Shown here piece after piece: positions 27,362 to 36,928 of a stretch of 64,000 nt of DNA. The DNA comes from an uncultured Candidatus Binatia bacterium. GTDB taxonomy: Bacteria; Desulfobacterota; Binatia; UBA9968; JAJDTQ01. The notes under the pieces are model-generated. The model was not told where the DNA came from and ran no database searches. It was given only the letters and a program-made list of their open reading frames with translations. The position numbers and the translations under genes are program-made. The number at the start of each line of letters is the position of its first letter. Position 1 is the stretch's first letter. The stretch covers positions 3,232,001-3,296,000 of the forward strand of contig OZ243916.1 in the NCBI GenBank assembly GCA_965213675.1, given 5' to 3'.

Positions 27362-29614
27362 ATGAGCGCGGTCGAGAATCCTGTGCCCTTGAAGGCAGGT
27401 CACCCCTTCGCCCTGGTGGCGGTGCCGGCGCCGATGCTGGAGCCCTTGACCTATGCGGTGCCGGAAGGGCTGCGCGGCCGTCTGGGGGTGGGGATGCGCG
27501 TCCTTGTGCCGCTCGGACGCCGGCGCGTGACCGGGGTGGTGGTGGGGCTCGAGCGGGCGTCGCGGGTCACCGGCGTCAAGGAGATCGCCCAGGCGCTGGA
27601 CGAGGAGGTGTTGCTGGACGAGGGGTTTCTGGACTTGTGCCGGTGGGCCGCGGACTACTACCTGGCTTCCCTGGGCGAGGTGCTGGCGGCAGCACTGCCG
27701 CCGCTGCTGCGTACCGAGAGCCGCGTGGTGGCCTCGTTCGTGCGCGCGCCCGACGACCTTCAAGGGGACGTGGATCGGGATGTGCTCGAAGCCCTGCGCG
27801 CGCGCGGTCCGCTGGCGCCCGCCACGCTCAGCCGCTTGTTTCCGCGGCGCGGCGCGCGCGCGGCCCTGGACCGGCTCGCGGCGCAGGGCGCGGTGGCTGT
27901 GGGGGAACGGCTGCGCGGGCATGTGCGCGAGGCCCGGCGCCGGGGCGCGGCGCCGCCGGAAAAGACCGCGAGCGCTGCGGAACCGAGCCGGGCGCCGGTG
28001 CTCACCGACGAGCAGCGGAGCGTGCTGGGGTCCATGGAAGGGCGCCTGCGCGGCGGCGGCTTCGAGACCCTGCTGCTCCACGGGGTCACCGGCAGCGGCA
28101 AGACCGAGGTGTACCTCCAGGCCATGGAGATAGTGCGGGCGCGCGGGCGCCAGAGCCTGATCCTGGTGCCGGAGATCGCCCTCACGCCACAGTTGCTGGA
28201 CCGCCTCGAAGGGCGTTTCCCGGGCGACGTGGCGGTGCTTCACAGCGGCCTCACCCCGGCGGAACGGTGGCGCCACTGGTGGCGCATCGCCCACGGGGTG
28301 GTGAAGGTGGTGGTGGGGGCGCGCTCCGCGGTGTTCGCCCCTGTCCGGGAACTGGGGCTTATCGTCGTGGACGAGGAGCACGACTACAGCTACAAGCAGG
28401 AAGAAGGGGTGCGCTATCACGGGCGCGACCTGGCCGTGGTGCGGGGCCGCATCGCCGGCTGTCCCGTGATCCTGGGCTCGGCCACGCCCTCCCTGGAGAG
28501 CTATCACAACGCTTGCAACGGCCGTTACCGGCTGCTCGAACTCACGCAACGGGTGGCGGCGCGGCCCATGCCCGGCGTCGACGTGGTGGACCTCAAGGCC
28601 GGAGTGGATCAGGCGCCCACCGACGGGCTCTTCTCTCCGCCGTTGCTGCGCGCGTTGCGGGAGAACCACGAAGAGGGTCTGCAGAGCCTCATCTTCCTCA
28701 ACCGGCGCGGCTTCGCCTCGTTCCTCCAGTGCTGGTCGTGCGGTTTTGTGGTGCGCTGCCCCCACTGCAGCATCAGCCTCACCTATCACCTCGGGCGCCA
28801 CAGCACGTTTTGTCACCATTGCGGATACCGGCGGCGCAAGGTGGACTCCTGTCCGGCGTGCGGCAACGTATCGCTGAGCGAGGTGGGGTTCGGCACGGAA
28901 AGGGTCGAGCACGCGCTCCGGCGGCTCCTGCCCAAGGCGCGCATCGGCCGCATGGACCGGGACACCACCAGCGCCCGCGGCGCCCAGGAACGGATCTTCC
29001 GGGCTTGGGAGAAAGGCGACCTCGACGTGCTCGTGGGCACGCAGATGGTGGCCAAGGGCCACGATGTCGGCGGTGTGACCCTGGTGGGGGTGGTGTTGGC
29101 GGACTCGTCGCTCAACCTGCCGGACTTTCGCGCGGCGGAGAAGACGTTCCAGATCATCAGCCAGGTGGCCGGGCGCGCGGGCCGGGCGCGCCGGCCCGGA
29201 CGGGTCATCGTGCAGACCCTGGTGCCCGGGCACTATTGCTTCGGCCACGCCCGGCTCCACGACTACCCCTCGTTCTTCGAGGCCGAGACCGAGTTCCGCC
29301 GCGAACTGGGCTATCCGCCGTTCCGCCATCTGGTGCAACTGCGGCTGGACGGCGCTGACGAAGAGGGGGTGGGACAGCGCGCGCGCGCCCTGGCGCGGGA
29401 ACTGCGGCGCGAGCAAGGCGCTCGCGACGTGGAAATACTGGGCCCGGCCCCCGCGCCCATCGCCAAGCTGCGCAACCGCTACCGCTGGCAGATCCTGCTC
29501 AAGAGCCGCAGCCGCGCCACCCTCGGCGCTGTGGCCCGGCGCGCCATGGCGCTGCTCCCCAAGGGTCGCACGGTCCGGCTCCACGTTGATGTGGATCCGT
29601 ATAACATGTTATAA
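27362..29614 (+). CDS. priA: primosomal protein N' (replication restart helicase)
   Basis: LLHGVTGSGKTEVY, VDEEHD, GSATPSLES, LNRRG, Zn-finger CxxC motifs, QVAGRAGR, VDVDP. Confidence 0.97.
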   Translation: MSAVENPVPLKAGHPFALVAVPAPMLEPLTYAVPEGLRGRLGVGMRVLVPLGRRRVTGVVVGLERASRVTGVKEIAQALDEEVLLDEGFLDLCRWAADYYLASLGEVLAAALPPLLRTESRVVASFVRAPDDLQGDVDRDVLEALRARGPLAPATLSRLFPRRGARAALDRLAAQGAVAVGERLRGHVREARRRGAAPPEKTASAAEPSRAPVLTDEQRSVLGSMEGRLRGGGFETLLLHGVTGSGKTEVYLQAMEIVRARGRQSLILVPEIALTPQLLDRLEGRFPGDVAVLHSGLTPAERWRHWWRIAHGVVKVVVGARSAVFAPVRELGLIVVDEEHDYSYKQEEGVRYHGRDLAVVRGRIAGCPVILGSATPSLESYHNACNGRYRLLELTQRVAARPMPGVDVVDLKAGVDQAPTDGLFSPPLLRALRENHEEGLQSLIFLNRRGFASFLQCWSCGFVVRCPHCSISLTYHLGRHSTFCHHCGYRRRKVDSCPACGNVSLSEVGFGTERVEHALRRLLPKARIGRMDRDTTSARGAQERIFRAWEKGDLDVLVGTQMVAKGHDVGGVTLVGVVLADSSLNLPDFRAAEKTFQIISQVAGRAGRARRPGRVIVQTLVPGHYCFGHARLHDYPSFFEAETEFRRELGYPPFRHLVQLRLDGADEEGVGQRARALARELRREQGARDVEILGPAPAPIAKLRNRYRWQILLKSRSRATLGAVARRAMALLPKGRTVRLHVDVDPYNML

Positions 29615-29654
29615 ATACGGGAAATTCGTACTCAAGCCCATGACACGTCCAACC

Positions 29655-29770
29655 GTCATTCCCGCGGAACAGGCTGTGTCAAAACTTCGGTTGAGAATGG
29701 GCACCAACACCCCGAATCGTCATTCCCGCGAAAGCTTGCCCTCGACCCTGATCGGGGGCGGGAATCCAGG
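29655..29770. repeat. nested REP composite (GTCATTCCCGCG...GGGAATCCAGG) with GGCTGTGTCAAAA end
   Basis: Two GTCATTCCCGCG starts; same architecture as 10780-10930 and 48387-48480. Confidence 0.75.
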
Positions 29771-29791
29771 CAGGGTGAGGCGGCGGAAGGC

Positions 29792-30328
29792 ATGATCCTC
29801 GATATTCTGAAGTTTCCGGAACCGATCCTGCGGATACCAGCCCAGCCCGTGGAAGCCGTCACCGGCGACATCGCCGAGTTGATGGAGAACATGCTGGAAA
29901 CGATGTACGCGGCGCCCGGCATCGGGCTGGCCGCGCCGCAGGTAGGCGTCTCCAAGCGCGTCATCGTGCTGGACCTCGATCATGAGAACCGCGGCGCCAA
30001 CGCCATCAAGCTGGCCAACCCGGAGATCCGCGAGGCCGAGGGCGCGGTGGTCTACGAGGAGGGCTGTCTCAGCGTGGTGGACTTCACCGCGGAGGTGATG
30101 CGCGCCGAGCGGGTGCTCGTGGGAGGCTACGGCGCTGGCGGCGAGGCCGTGGAGATCGAGGCGGACGGACTGCTGGCGGTGGCGCTTCAGCACGAGATCG
30201 ACCATCTCGACGGCAAGCTCTTCATCGACCGCATCAGCCGGCTCAAGCGCGAGATCTACGTGCGCAAGCTCAAGAAGGCCATCCGCACGGGCAAGGAGCC
30301 CGAAGAGAGCCGCGGCGTCGTCATCTGA
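29792..30328 (+). CDS. def: peptide deformylase
   Basis: GIGLAAPQVG, EGCLS, QHEIDHLDG. Confidence 0.97.
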   Translation: MILDILKFPEPILRIPAQPVEAVTGDIAELMENMLETMYAAPGIGLAAPQVGVSKRVIVLDLDHENRGANAIKLANPEIREAEGAVVYEEGCLSVVDFTAEVMRAERVLVGGYGAGGEAVEIEADGLLAVALQHEIDHLDGKLFIDRISRLKREIYVRKLKKAIRTGKEPEESRGVVI

Positions 30329-30443
30329 ACGACGGCCATGGAACGGGGAGCGACGACGCGGTTGCGATCCTCCCACGGGCTGTGCCCCTTCCGTCCAGCG
30401 GCAAGGCGTTGCTTCATCGAACCGCTGTTTCCACGAACATCCA

Positions 30444-31394
30444 ATGCGTATCGTCTACATGGGCACGCCGGTCTGCGCGGCGGCAACCCTGGAATCCTTG
30501 ATGGAGGGCCCCGACGAGGTTGTGGGCGTGGTCACGCAGCCCGACCGGCCCTCGGGCCGCGGCCAGGCCACGACGCCCTCGCCCGTGCGCCAGGTGGCGG
30601 AGCGCCGCGGCATTCCGGTGCTGACGCCCGTGAAGATGAAGGACCCGGGCCTGCGGGAGCGGCTTGCCGGCTGGCGTCCCGACCTCGTGGTGGTGGTGGC
30701 CTACGGTCGCATCCTGCCGCGGTCGATCCTGGACCTGGCGCCCCTGGGCTGCGTCAACGTCCACTATTCCCTGCTCCCCAAATACCGCGGCGCGGCGCCC
30801 ATGCAGTGGGCCATCCTTCAGGGGGAGACGGTCACCGGGGTCACGACCATGCGGCTGGTGACCGAAATGGACGCGGGTCCGGTGCTGCTGGCGGAAGAGG
30901 CGCCCCTGGACCCGGACGAGACCGCGCCCACCCTGGAAGCGAAGCTCGTGCCCGTGGGCGCGCGGCTGCTGGCGCGCACGGTGGCTGGCCTCAGGCAGGG
31001 GACCCTGGCCGCGCGTCCGCAGGACCCCGCCGGGGTGACCTTCGCCCCCATGCTGAAGAAGGTAGACGGCGTGATCGACTGGGCCCGTCCGGCTCTGGAG
31101 ATCGAGCGGCGGGTGCGCGCCTTCACGCCATGGCCCTCGGCATTCACCTACTGGCAGGGCAAGCTGGTGAAGGTGCACCGCGCGAGCCTGGCGGCCGCCG
31201 CCGCGGGACACGAGCCGGAAGCGCCGGGCGTGGTTCTCCGTGGAGACGCGGACGGCCTCTGCGTGGCCACCGGCGCCGGTGCGCTGATTCTCACCGAACT
31301 GCAAATGGAAGGGCGCAAGCGCATGCCGGCCGCGGCCTTTCTGCGGGGCGCCGGTTTGCGGGCGGGCATGCGGTTCGGGGAGGTCGACCGTTAG
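30444..31394 (+). CDS. fmt: methionyl-tRNA formyltransferase
   Basis: MRIVYMGTP, VTQPDRP.GRG, NVHYSLLPKYRGAAP, MDAG. Confidence 0.97.
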   Translation: MRIVYMGTPVCAAATLESLMEGPDEVVGVVTQPDRPSGRGQATTPSPVRQVAERRGIPVLTPVKMKDPGLRERLAGWRPDLVVVVAYGRILPRSILDLAPLGCVNVHYSLLPKYRGAAPMQWAILQGETVTGVTTMRLVTEMDAGPVLLAEEAPLDPDETAPTLEAKLVPVGARLLARTVAGLRQGTLAARPQDPAGVTFAPMLKKVDGVIDWARPALEIERRVRAFTPWPSAFTYWQGKLVKVHRASLAAAAAGHEPEAPGVVLRGDADGLCVATGAGALILTELQMEGRKRMPAAAFLRGAGLRAGMRFGEVDR

Positions 31395-31503
31395 GACCGG
31401 GCATGACGCCCGGGAAAATGCTGGTTTGTGACCCCCGGAATTGTGACCCCCGGAATTGCCGCGCCAGTTTATTCGATATCCATGACGGAAGAGGGGTGGG
31501 CGC

Positions 31504-32931
31504 ATGACGGAACGGGAAACCGGACTCTCGGATGGACTTCCCATGACGCCGGAGCGCAGGAACCCCCGTGAATTGGCCGTCGGCATCGTGGACCGTGTCG
31601 AGCGGCGGAAAGCGTACGCCGACGTGTTGCTGAGCGCGCGCCTGGACCAGGCGGCGTTGCCGGCGGTGGACGGCGCGCTGCTGACCCGTCTGGTTTATGG
31701 CGCGCTGCGCTGGCGCGGGCGGGTGGATTGGGTTCTTGCCGGCTTGCTGCGCGACCCCTTGAACAAGCTCGACCCTCTCGTGCGGAACCTGCTTCGGGTG
31801 GGCGCTTACGAGTTGCTGTTCCTGGACCGGGTGCCCGCCTACGCCACCGTCAACGAGTTCGTGGAGTTGGCGAAGCGCCGGGTGGGTCCGGGCAAGGCGC
31901 GCCTGGTCAACGCGGTGCTGCGGCGCATCGCGGGCCGGGAACGGGAGGCATGGAGCCCCGCCGCCGATACGGACAACGCGATGGAACTGGCGGCGCTCGT
32001 ATCCCATCCGCCCTGGCTCGTGGATCTGTGGCGGGAGCGGTTCGGCGGGGCGGAGAGCCGGCGCCTCATGGAGGCCGACAACGAGGATGCGCCGCTGGTG
32101 CTGCGCGCCAACCGGCTGCGGACCACCCGCGACGAACTGCTGGGACGCCTGCGTTCCCACGGCGTGGAGGCATGGGGCGGGGCGTGGTCGCCGCTGGCGG
32201 TGCGGTTGCGCGGGGCGTCCTCGCCGGCGCGTCTGGCCGAGTTCCGCGACGGATTGTGCCACGTGCAGGGCGAGGCGTCCCAGATGATCGGCCTCCTGGT
32301 GGAACCGCTGCCGGGCATGCGCGTGCTCGACGCCTGCGCGGCCCCCGGCGGAAAGACCACCCATCTGGCCGAGCTGATGGAGGATCGCGGGGAAGTGGTG
32401 GCGTGTGACGTTTCCGAGCGCGGCTTGGAGAAGCTCACGGACAATGCCCGGCGTCTGGGGCTCCATTGCATACGCGTCCGGGTCTGTGACGCGGTCCATG
32501 GTCTGCCGGGGGAACCCGGGTCCTTTGATCGCGTGCTGGTGGACGCGCCGTGTTCCGGCCTGGGCACCCTGCGCGCGCACCCGGAAATCCGCTGGCGTCG
32601 CGAGCCACGGGATCTCCGGCGGCTCGCCGTGTTGCAGGCACAAATCCTGGCGCAGGCGGCCACGCGAACGGCGCCCGGCGGCCTCCTGGTGTATGCCACC
32701 TGCACGCTGTCCCGGTCCGAGAACGAGCAAGTGGTGGAGGATTTCCTGGAACGCCACGGGGAGTTCGCCGTGGAGGACGCCGCCGGGCGCCTGCCTGCCG
32801 CGGCCCGATCCATGGCCGCGGAGTCCTGTTTCCTTGCGCTGCCCCACCGGCACGACACGGAGGGATTCTTTGCCGCGCGCCTGCGCCGCCTGGCTTCCCC
32901 ACGGAAGGCGGGCCGGAACGGCGGCGCGTGA
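31504..32931 (+). CDS. rsmB: 16S rRNA m5C967 methyltransferase RsmB (Sun)
   Basis: NusB-like N-terminus, SHPPW, LDACAAPGGKT, VDAPCSGLG, VYATC. Confidence 0.95.
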   Translation: MTERETGLSDGLPMTPERRNPRELAVGIVDRVERRKAYADVLLSARLDQAALPAVDGALLTRLVYGALRWRGRVDWVLAGLLRDPLNKLDPLVRNLLRVGAYELLFLDRVPAYATVNEFVELAKRRVGPGKARLVNAVLRRIAGREREAWSPAADTDNAMELAALVSHPPWLVDLWRERFGGAESRRLMEADNEDAPLVLRANRLRTTRDELLGRLRSHGVEAWGGAWSPLAVRLRGASSPARLAEFRDGLCHVQGEASQMIGLLVEPLPGMRVLDACAAPGGKTTHLAELMEDRGEVVACDVSERGLEKLTDNARRLGLHCIRVRVCDAVHGLPGEPGSFDRVLVDAPCSGLGTLRAHPEIRWRREPRDLRRLAVLQAQILAQAATRTAPGGLLVYATCTLSRSENEQVVEDFLERHGEFAVEDAAGRLPAAARSMAAESCFLALPHRHDTEGFFAARLRRLASPRKAGRNGGA

Positions 32932-33024
32932 TCGCGCCGGCCCGCGCGTTGGCAGGGCCGTTTCGTTTACCTGCGGGAACCCATGTGTTAGATTTCCTGA
33001 ACCACCAAGCATGGGACCGAGTGT

Positions 33025-33101
33025 CGGGGCGTGGCTCAGCCTGGTAGAGCGCACGGTTCGGGTCCGTGAAGTCGCTGGTTCAAATCCAGTCGCCCCGACC
33101 A
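33025..33101 (+). tRNA. tRNA-Pro (anticodon CGG)
   Basis: CGGGGCG acceptor stem, D-arm GCTCAGCCTGGTAGAGC, anticodon arm CACGG-TTCGGGT-CCGTG, T-loop GTTCAAATC, encoded CCA. Confidence 0.97.
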
Positions 33102-33144
33102 TTCCTTCCATCCGGTGGTTCCATCTCTCCGCCGCTTGCTTGAC

Positions 33145-33182
33145 AAAAAAAGGCGGGGCTTCCGGTACCAGAAGCCCCGCCT
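33145..33182 (-). terminator. rho-independent terminator of the ABC substrate-binding gene
   Basis: AGGCGGGGCTTC-N8-GAAGCCCCGCCT hairpin followed by a T-run on the minus strand. Confidence 0.85.
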
Positions 33183-33225
33183 GACTCAGGGCCGGCTTGG
33201 ATGCCGGCCGCAATCTCCACGAAGT

Positions 33226-34218
33226 CTACATGCCGGCCTTGACCTTGCCCGCTACGTCGGCGGACACCCACTTCGTCCAAACGTCTTCGTAGTTCTTCAG
33301 GAAGTGCTCCGCGGTCTCTTTCGCGTCGGCCTTGTTGTCGGCCTTCCACGCCAGCACCCTGTTCACCACGCTGTTGGGCCAGGACACGCTGGACACGAAC
33401 TTGAACGCCTCGGGCTCCCTCTCCGCGAAGCCGCCCACCACGTAGGTCAACACGTCGGACTTCGGGTACATGTTGGGCTTCGGGTCGGCGCAGTCCTTGT
33501 CGGTAATGCACGCGTAGGTCTTGGGATCGTGCTTCATGCCGCCGAGCTTCACCATCGGGTACTTGCCGAGGACCGAGGTCGGCGCCCAGTAGTAGGTGAA
33601 GATGGGTTCCTTGCGCTCATACGCCTTGGCGATGGCCGCGGCCAGACCCGCCCCGGACCCCGGATCGAACAGCGTGAAGTTGGCCTTGTCGAGCCCGTAG
33701 GCCTTGAACAGATTGGCGTTGATGATCTGGCAGGCCCAGCCCGCGGGACAGCCGTAGAAGCGGCCCTTGCCGGGATCTTCCTTGTCCTGGAACAGATCCG
33801 GGCGCTTCATGACCGCTTGCAGCGTGTTGAGTTCCGGATGTTCCTTCACGACGTAATCCGGCACCCACCAGCCTTCCTCGCCGCCGTCGCTCAGGATCTC
33901 GCCGGCCTTCTTCAACCGCCCTTCCTTGGTCGCTTTTGCCACCACATCGCGCACCGAGTTGATCCAGATCTCGGGCGCGACATCCGGCTCGCCCTTCTCC
34001 GTCATGGAGGTGACGGTGGGCACGGTGTCGCCGGGTATCAACTCCGCCTCGCAGCCGTATCCCTTGCTGAGGATCATGGCCTCCACCTGTGCCGCCACCG
34101 CGGCCGAATCCCAGTTCATCTCCGAGATACTGACCTTGCCGCACTTCGCCTGAACCGAGGCGGCCAGGGCAAGCACCAGGAACGCGCCCGCCAGCACACC
34201 GACCATTCGCATTCTCAT
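33226..34218 (-). CDS. glycine betaine/choline-type ABC transporter substrate-binding protein (ProX/OpuAC-like, orphan)
   Basis: Signal peptide; MNWDS, PE.W, EGWWVP, CPAGWAC, YYWAP. Confidence 0.9.
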   Translation of the reverse strand: MRMRMVGVLAGAFLVLALAASVQAKCGKVSISEMNWDSAAVAAQVEAMILSKGYGCEAELIPGDTVPTVTSMTEKGEPDVAPEIWINSVRDVVAKATKEGRLKKAGEILSDGGEEGWWVPDYVVKEHPELNTLQAVMKRPDLFQDKEDPGKGRFYGCPAGWACQIINANLFKAYGLDKANFTLFDPGSGAGLAAAIAKAYERKEPIFTYYWAPTSVLGKYPMVKLGGMKHDPKTYACITDKDCADPKPNMYPKSDVLTYVVGGFAEREPEAFKFVSSVSWPNSVVNRVLAWKADNKADAKETAEHFLKNYEDVWTKWVSADVAGKVKAGM

Positions 34219-34532
34219 GTCGTGTCTCCTTTGTCTCCGTCCACGCGCCCCCGCCCGGCCTGTGCGTGCCAGCCCAGGAGGCGACCCATGAACCAGTTCT
34301 TGTTTTGTCCGCGCCTTGGGGCGGCGGGACCCATGCCCTGCCGCACGCAACCCTCGCCAGGCCCCGGGCCGGGACCTCCGGGCGCCGACGGCCTCAATGG
34401 GTTCCTGTCGGCTCCGGGAAGTATCCCGCAAGTGGGGGTGGGTCGCAACCCCGGCGGAACATGCTTCCGTCCGCTCAGTGCGAGGATGCAGCGGACACGC
34501 CGGAACTCATTCGAACCTCGGATTTTTTGTCC

Positions 34533-35804
34533 TCACACGTCCTCCAACGCTGGCACACGGTCGCCGTATTCCTGGACGATGGAAGTGATCAAGCGCTCGT
34601 AGGCGGAGATGCCTCTCTCCGCTGCGAACCCGGCCACGCCTTGGCGCAGCGTTTCCCGGGGCGCCGGCCGGTCGAGGGCGGAAATCATGGCGTCCGCCAA
34701 CCGTGCAGGGTCTCCAACGGGCACGAGCGGCCCGAGCCGGCCGCCCTGAAGCACTTCCGCAGGACCTGCGGGACAGTCGGTGCTGACGCAAGGACAGCCG
34801 CACGCGAGCGCCTGAACCAGAACGCCGGGCAGACCCTCGTATCGGGAGGACAATACAAAAAGGGCGGCGCGCGACATGAATGCGAACGGATTCTCCGCCC
34901 AACCCGGCAAGGATACCCGCGCTGTCACGCCAAGACGCGCGACCAGCCGTTCGAGCGAAGGGCGCCTTCCGCCTTCCCCGAGGATGATGAGGCGGCACGG
35001 CCGCGTTTCGGCGACCCGCGCGAAGGCTTTGACCAGGGTGGAGTGGTCCTTCTGAGCCGAAAGCCTGCCGGCTGAAAGGATGACCGGCGCCCCGCCGTCA
35101 TCCATCCACGGGTGGTTCGCCGGCTGGGCCATCTGAATGGCGAGGGCTGGCGTGACCACCGGGTTGTGTATGACGGAGATCCTCGTGGCGGGAACGTCCG
35201 CCTGTTCCACGAGGCTGTCGGCCACGCCTTGCGACACGCAGACAAGGTGCGCGGCGCGCGCGAACAGGCGCCGGTAACTGCGTACCTGTCTGCGGCGACG
35301 GGCCTGGAGCACGTTGCGCAGGGTGGGAACGATGGGCGGGTGGTTGCCCAATAGCTGCCCGGCGAGGAGCGTGGCGATCTTGGCGCGGGGAAGACTCGGG
35401 ACGATGCAATCGGGTTGTTGACTCCCCAGATAGGCTGCCACAGCCCGCGTTTGCCTCACAAGGCGCGGGTCCGGAAGACAGAGCGGGTCCCAACGGAACG
35501 CGTTCATGACGCTCAGCCAATCCTGCGCCCTTGACGGGACTGAAAGCTGCGTCAGCCTGGCAACGACCTCACTGGCCTGTGCGCTCTTCGTGGTGCGGTC
35601 GTCGGTCGTGCGATCCAGGACGAACAGCCGAGCCTTCCGCGGGACTTCCGCGGGATAGTGGATACGTGCGCCAAAGAGGACGATATCCACCTTGTGGCCT
35701 CGTTCGATCAAGCCGTTGGCAACTGTCAGCAGAGACCGCTCGGCTCCGCCGCCGGCGAGGTTGGGGAGTACGAACGCGATGTGCGCGCTGGTTTCGTGAC
35801 TCAA
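34533..35804 (-). CDS. glycosyltransferase family 4
   Basis: LAGGGAER, GRLSAQKD, SSRYEGLP.VLVQALACG.P.VSTDC; TTG start overlaps the upstream TGA. Confidence 0.9.
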   Translation of the reverse strand: MSHETSAHIAFVLPNLAGGGAERSLLTVANGLIERGHKVDIVLFGARIHYPAEVPRKARLFVLDRTTDDRTTKSAQASEVVARLTQLSVPSRAQDWLSVMNAFRWDPLCLPDPRLVRQTRAVAAYLGSQQPDCIVPSLPRAKIATLLAGQLLGNHPPIVPTLRNVLQARRRRQVRSYRRLFARAAHLVCVSQGVADSLVEQADVPATRISVIHNPVVTPALAIQMAQPANHPWMDDGGAPVILSAGRLSAQKDHSTLVKAFARVAETRPCRLIILGEGGRRPSLERLVARLGVTARVSLPGWAENPFAFMSRAALFVLSSRYEGLPGVLVQALACGCPCVSTDCPAGPAEVLQGGRLGPLVPVGDPARLADAMISALDRPAPRETLRQGVAGFAAERGISAYERLITSIVQEYGDRVPALEDV

Positions 35805-36715
35805 ACCGAGGCTCCGCACATTCGGGCGAAAGCCCGCTTCGCCCCATGGGTCCATCGCCCGAAGGGGCCTGTCCGTGTCTCCACGACGTCGTGAATCGCA
35901 GGGCGTTTGAATGTGGTGTCGAAGTTCAATAGTTGTCCGAAAGTGTGCTCGGCCGTGGTCTTGCAACAGCCTGCCAAGGGCCAGAAGGTCAGTTCGCCGA
36001 AGATGGGCCGGGCGTTGTGTTCGTAAAGATCAACCCGGACGTAACGGAATGGTTTGCTCAGCGTGCGGGCGATTTCCTTCATCTCCGCCCACTTCGCGGG
36101 CTGAGCTGGAGGTTCAGCCGCGCAGGTGTTTTCGTGGTTGAAGTGAAGTCCCAGCGCGTCGTGGTTTTCGTCGACGTTTGTTTCGCGCGGCTTGCCCGAC
36201 GCACGGTCCACGATAATCTGGACCCAGCGAATCTCTCCGGCACAGCAGTGAAACTTGTAGTCCGTGGCCGCGTCCTGCATCAGCTCTTCGGCGAATACGA
36301 AAGGGGGAATGTGCGCGTAGGCCCATTCGCCCTTGGCCACTCCATAAGTCCGCTTGAGTCGCCGTCGGATCTTTCTCCTGGCATTCCTCGCAGAAGCTTC
36401 GTCCCTGACGAAATACACGCTCCCGCTGTCGTGGTTCGTCTTCAGCACGTACCGTTCGGGCAGCGCATCGAAGGCGATCTGGTCGACGCTTCGGGCCGTT
36501 TGGTAGACTTCGAGGAGGCAGTCCGCGCCAACCCTTTCCGCCACGTATTCGCGAACCCGCAGTTTGTCGCAGCAAATGATGTGTTCCGGCATCTGGTCGT
36601 AGATCTTCAACCAGTTGACCTTGTCGTTGTAGCTCGTCGGGTGCGCCAGATCCGGCAGGGTTCCCAATCGGCGAAGGCAATGTTCGTTGACGACGTCAAG
36701 CAAGCGCTTCTGCAT
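35801..36715 (-). CDS. TupA-like ATP-grasp protein
   Basis: P.SYNDK..WLK, DKLRVREYV, VLKTNHDSG, DYKFHC, YVRVDLY, FGELTF.P. Confidence 0.85.
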   Translation of the reverse strand: MQKRLLDVVNEHCLRRLGTLPDLAHPTSYNDKVNWLKIYDQMPEHIICCDKLRVREYVAERVGADCLLEVYQTARSVDQIAFDALPERYVLKTNHDSGSVYFVRDEASARNARRKIRRRLKRTYGVAKGEWAYAHIPPFVFAEELMQDAATDYKFHCCAGEIRWVQIIVDRASGKPRETNVDENHDALGLHFNHENTCAAEPPAQPAKWAEMKEIARTLSKPFRYVRVDLYEHNARPIFGELTFWPLAGCCKTTAEHTFGQLLNFDTTFKRPAIHDVVETRTGPFGRWTHGAKRAFARMCGASV

Positions 36716-36745
36716 GGTGAAGTTCAGAGTTCACCCGGTCGTCCA

Positions 36746-36858
36746 TCACAACAGCTTGCGAAACTCGCCGACATTCAAGCCGGCGTCGCGCGCGATGCCG
36801 CCCATGGTGAAGGCGTGGACCGGATTATGCTCGGGATCGTGAGGATGCGTACTCCATC
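36746..36858 (-). pseudogene. hicA: HicA toxin C-terminal remnant with a frameshift
   Basis: DGVRILTIP / (1-nt shift) HNPVHAFTMGGIARDAGLNVGEFRKLL*. Confidence 0.65.
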
Positions 36859-36928
36859 TTCTCGACGGGGCACTCTCCCCGGCCTTTCCGCGGTCTGGCC
36901 CGGCTGGCGGACGTTGAAGTCCACCGCC

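Noticed and set aside
33025-33226. tRNA-Pro as the attachment site of a genomic island
   Set aside because: No integrase and no duplicated tRNA 3' end seen in the window.
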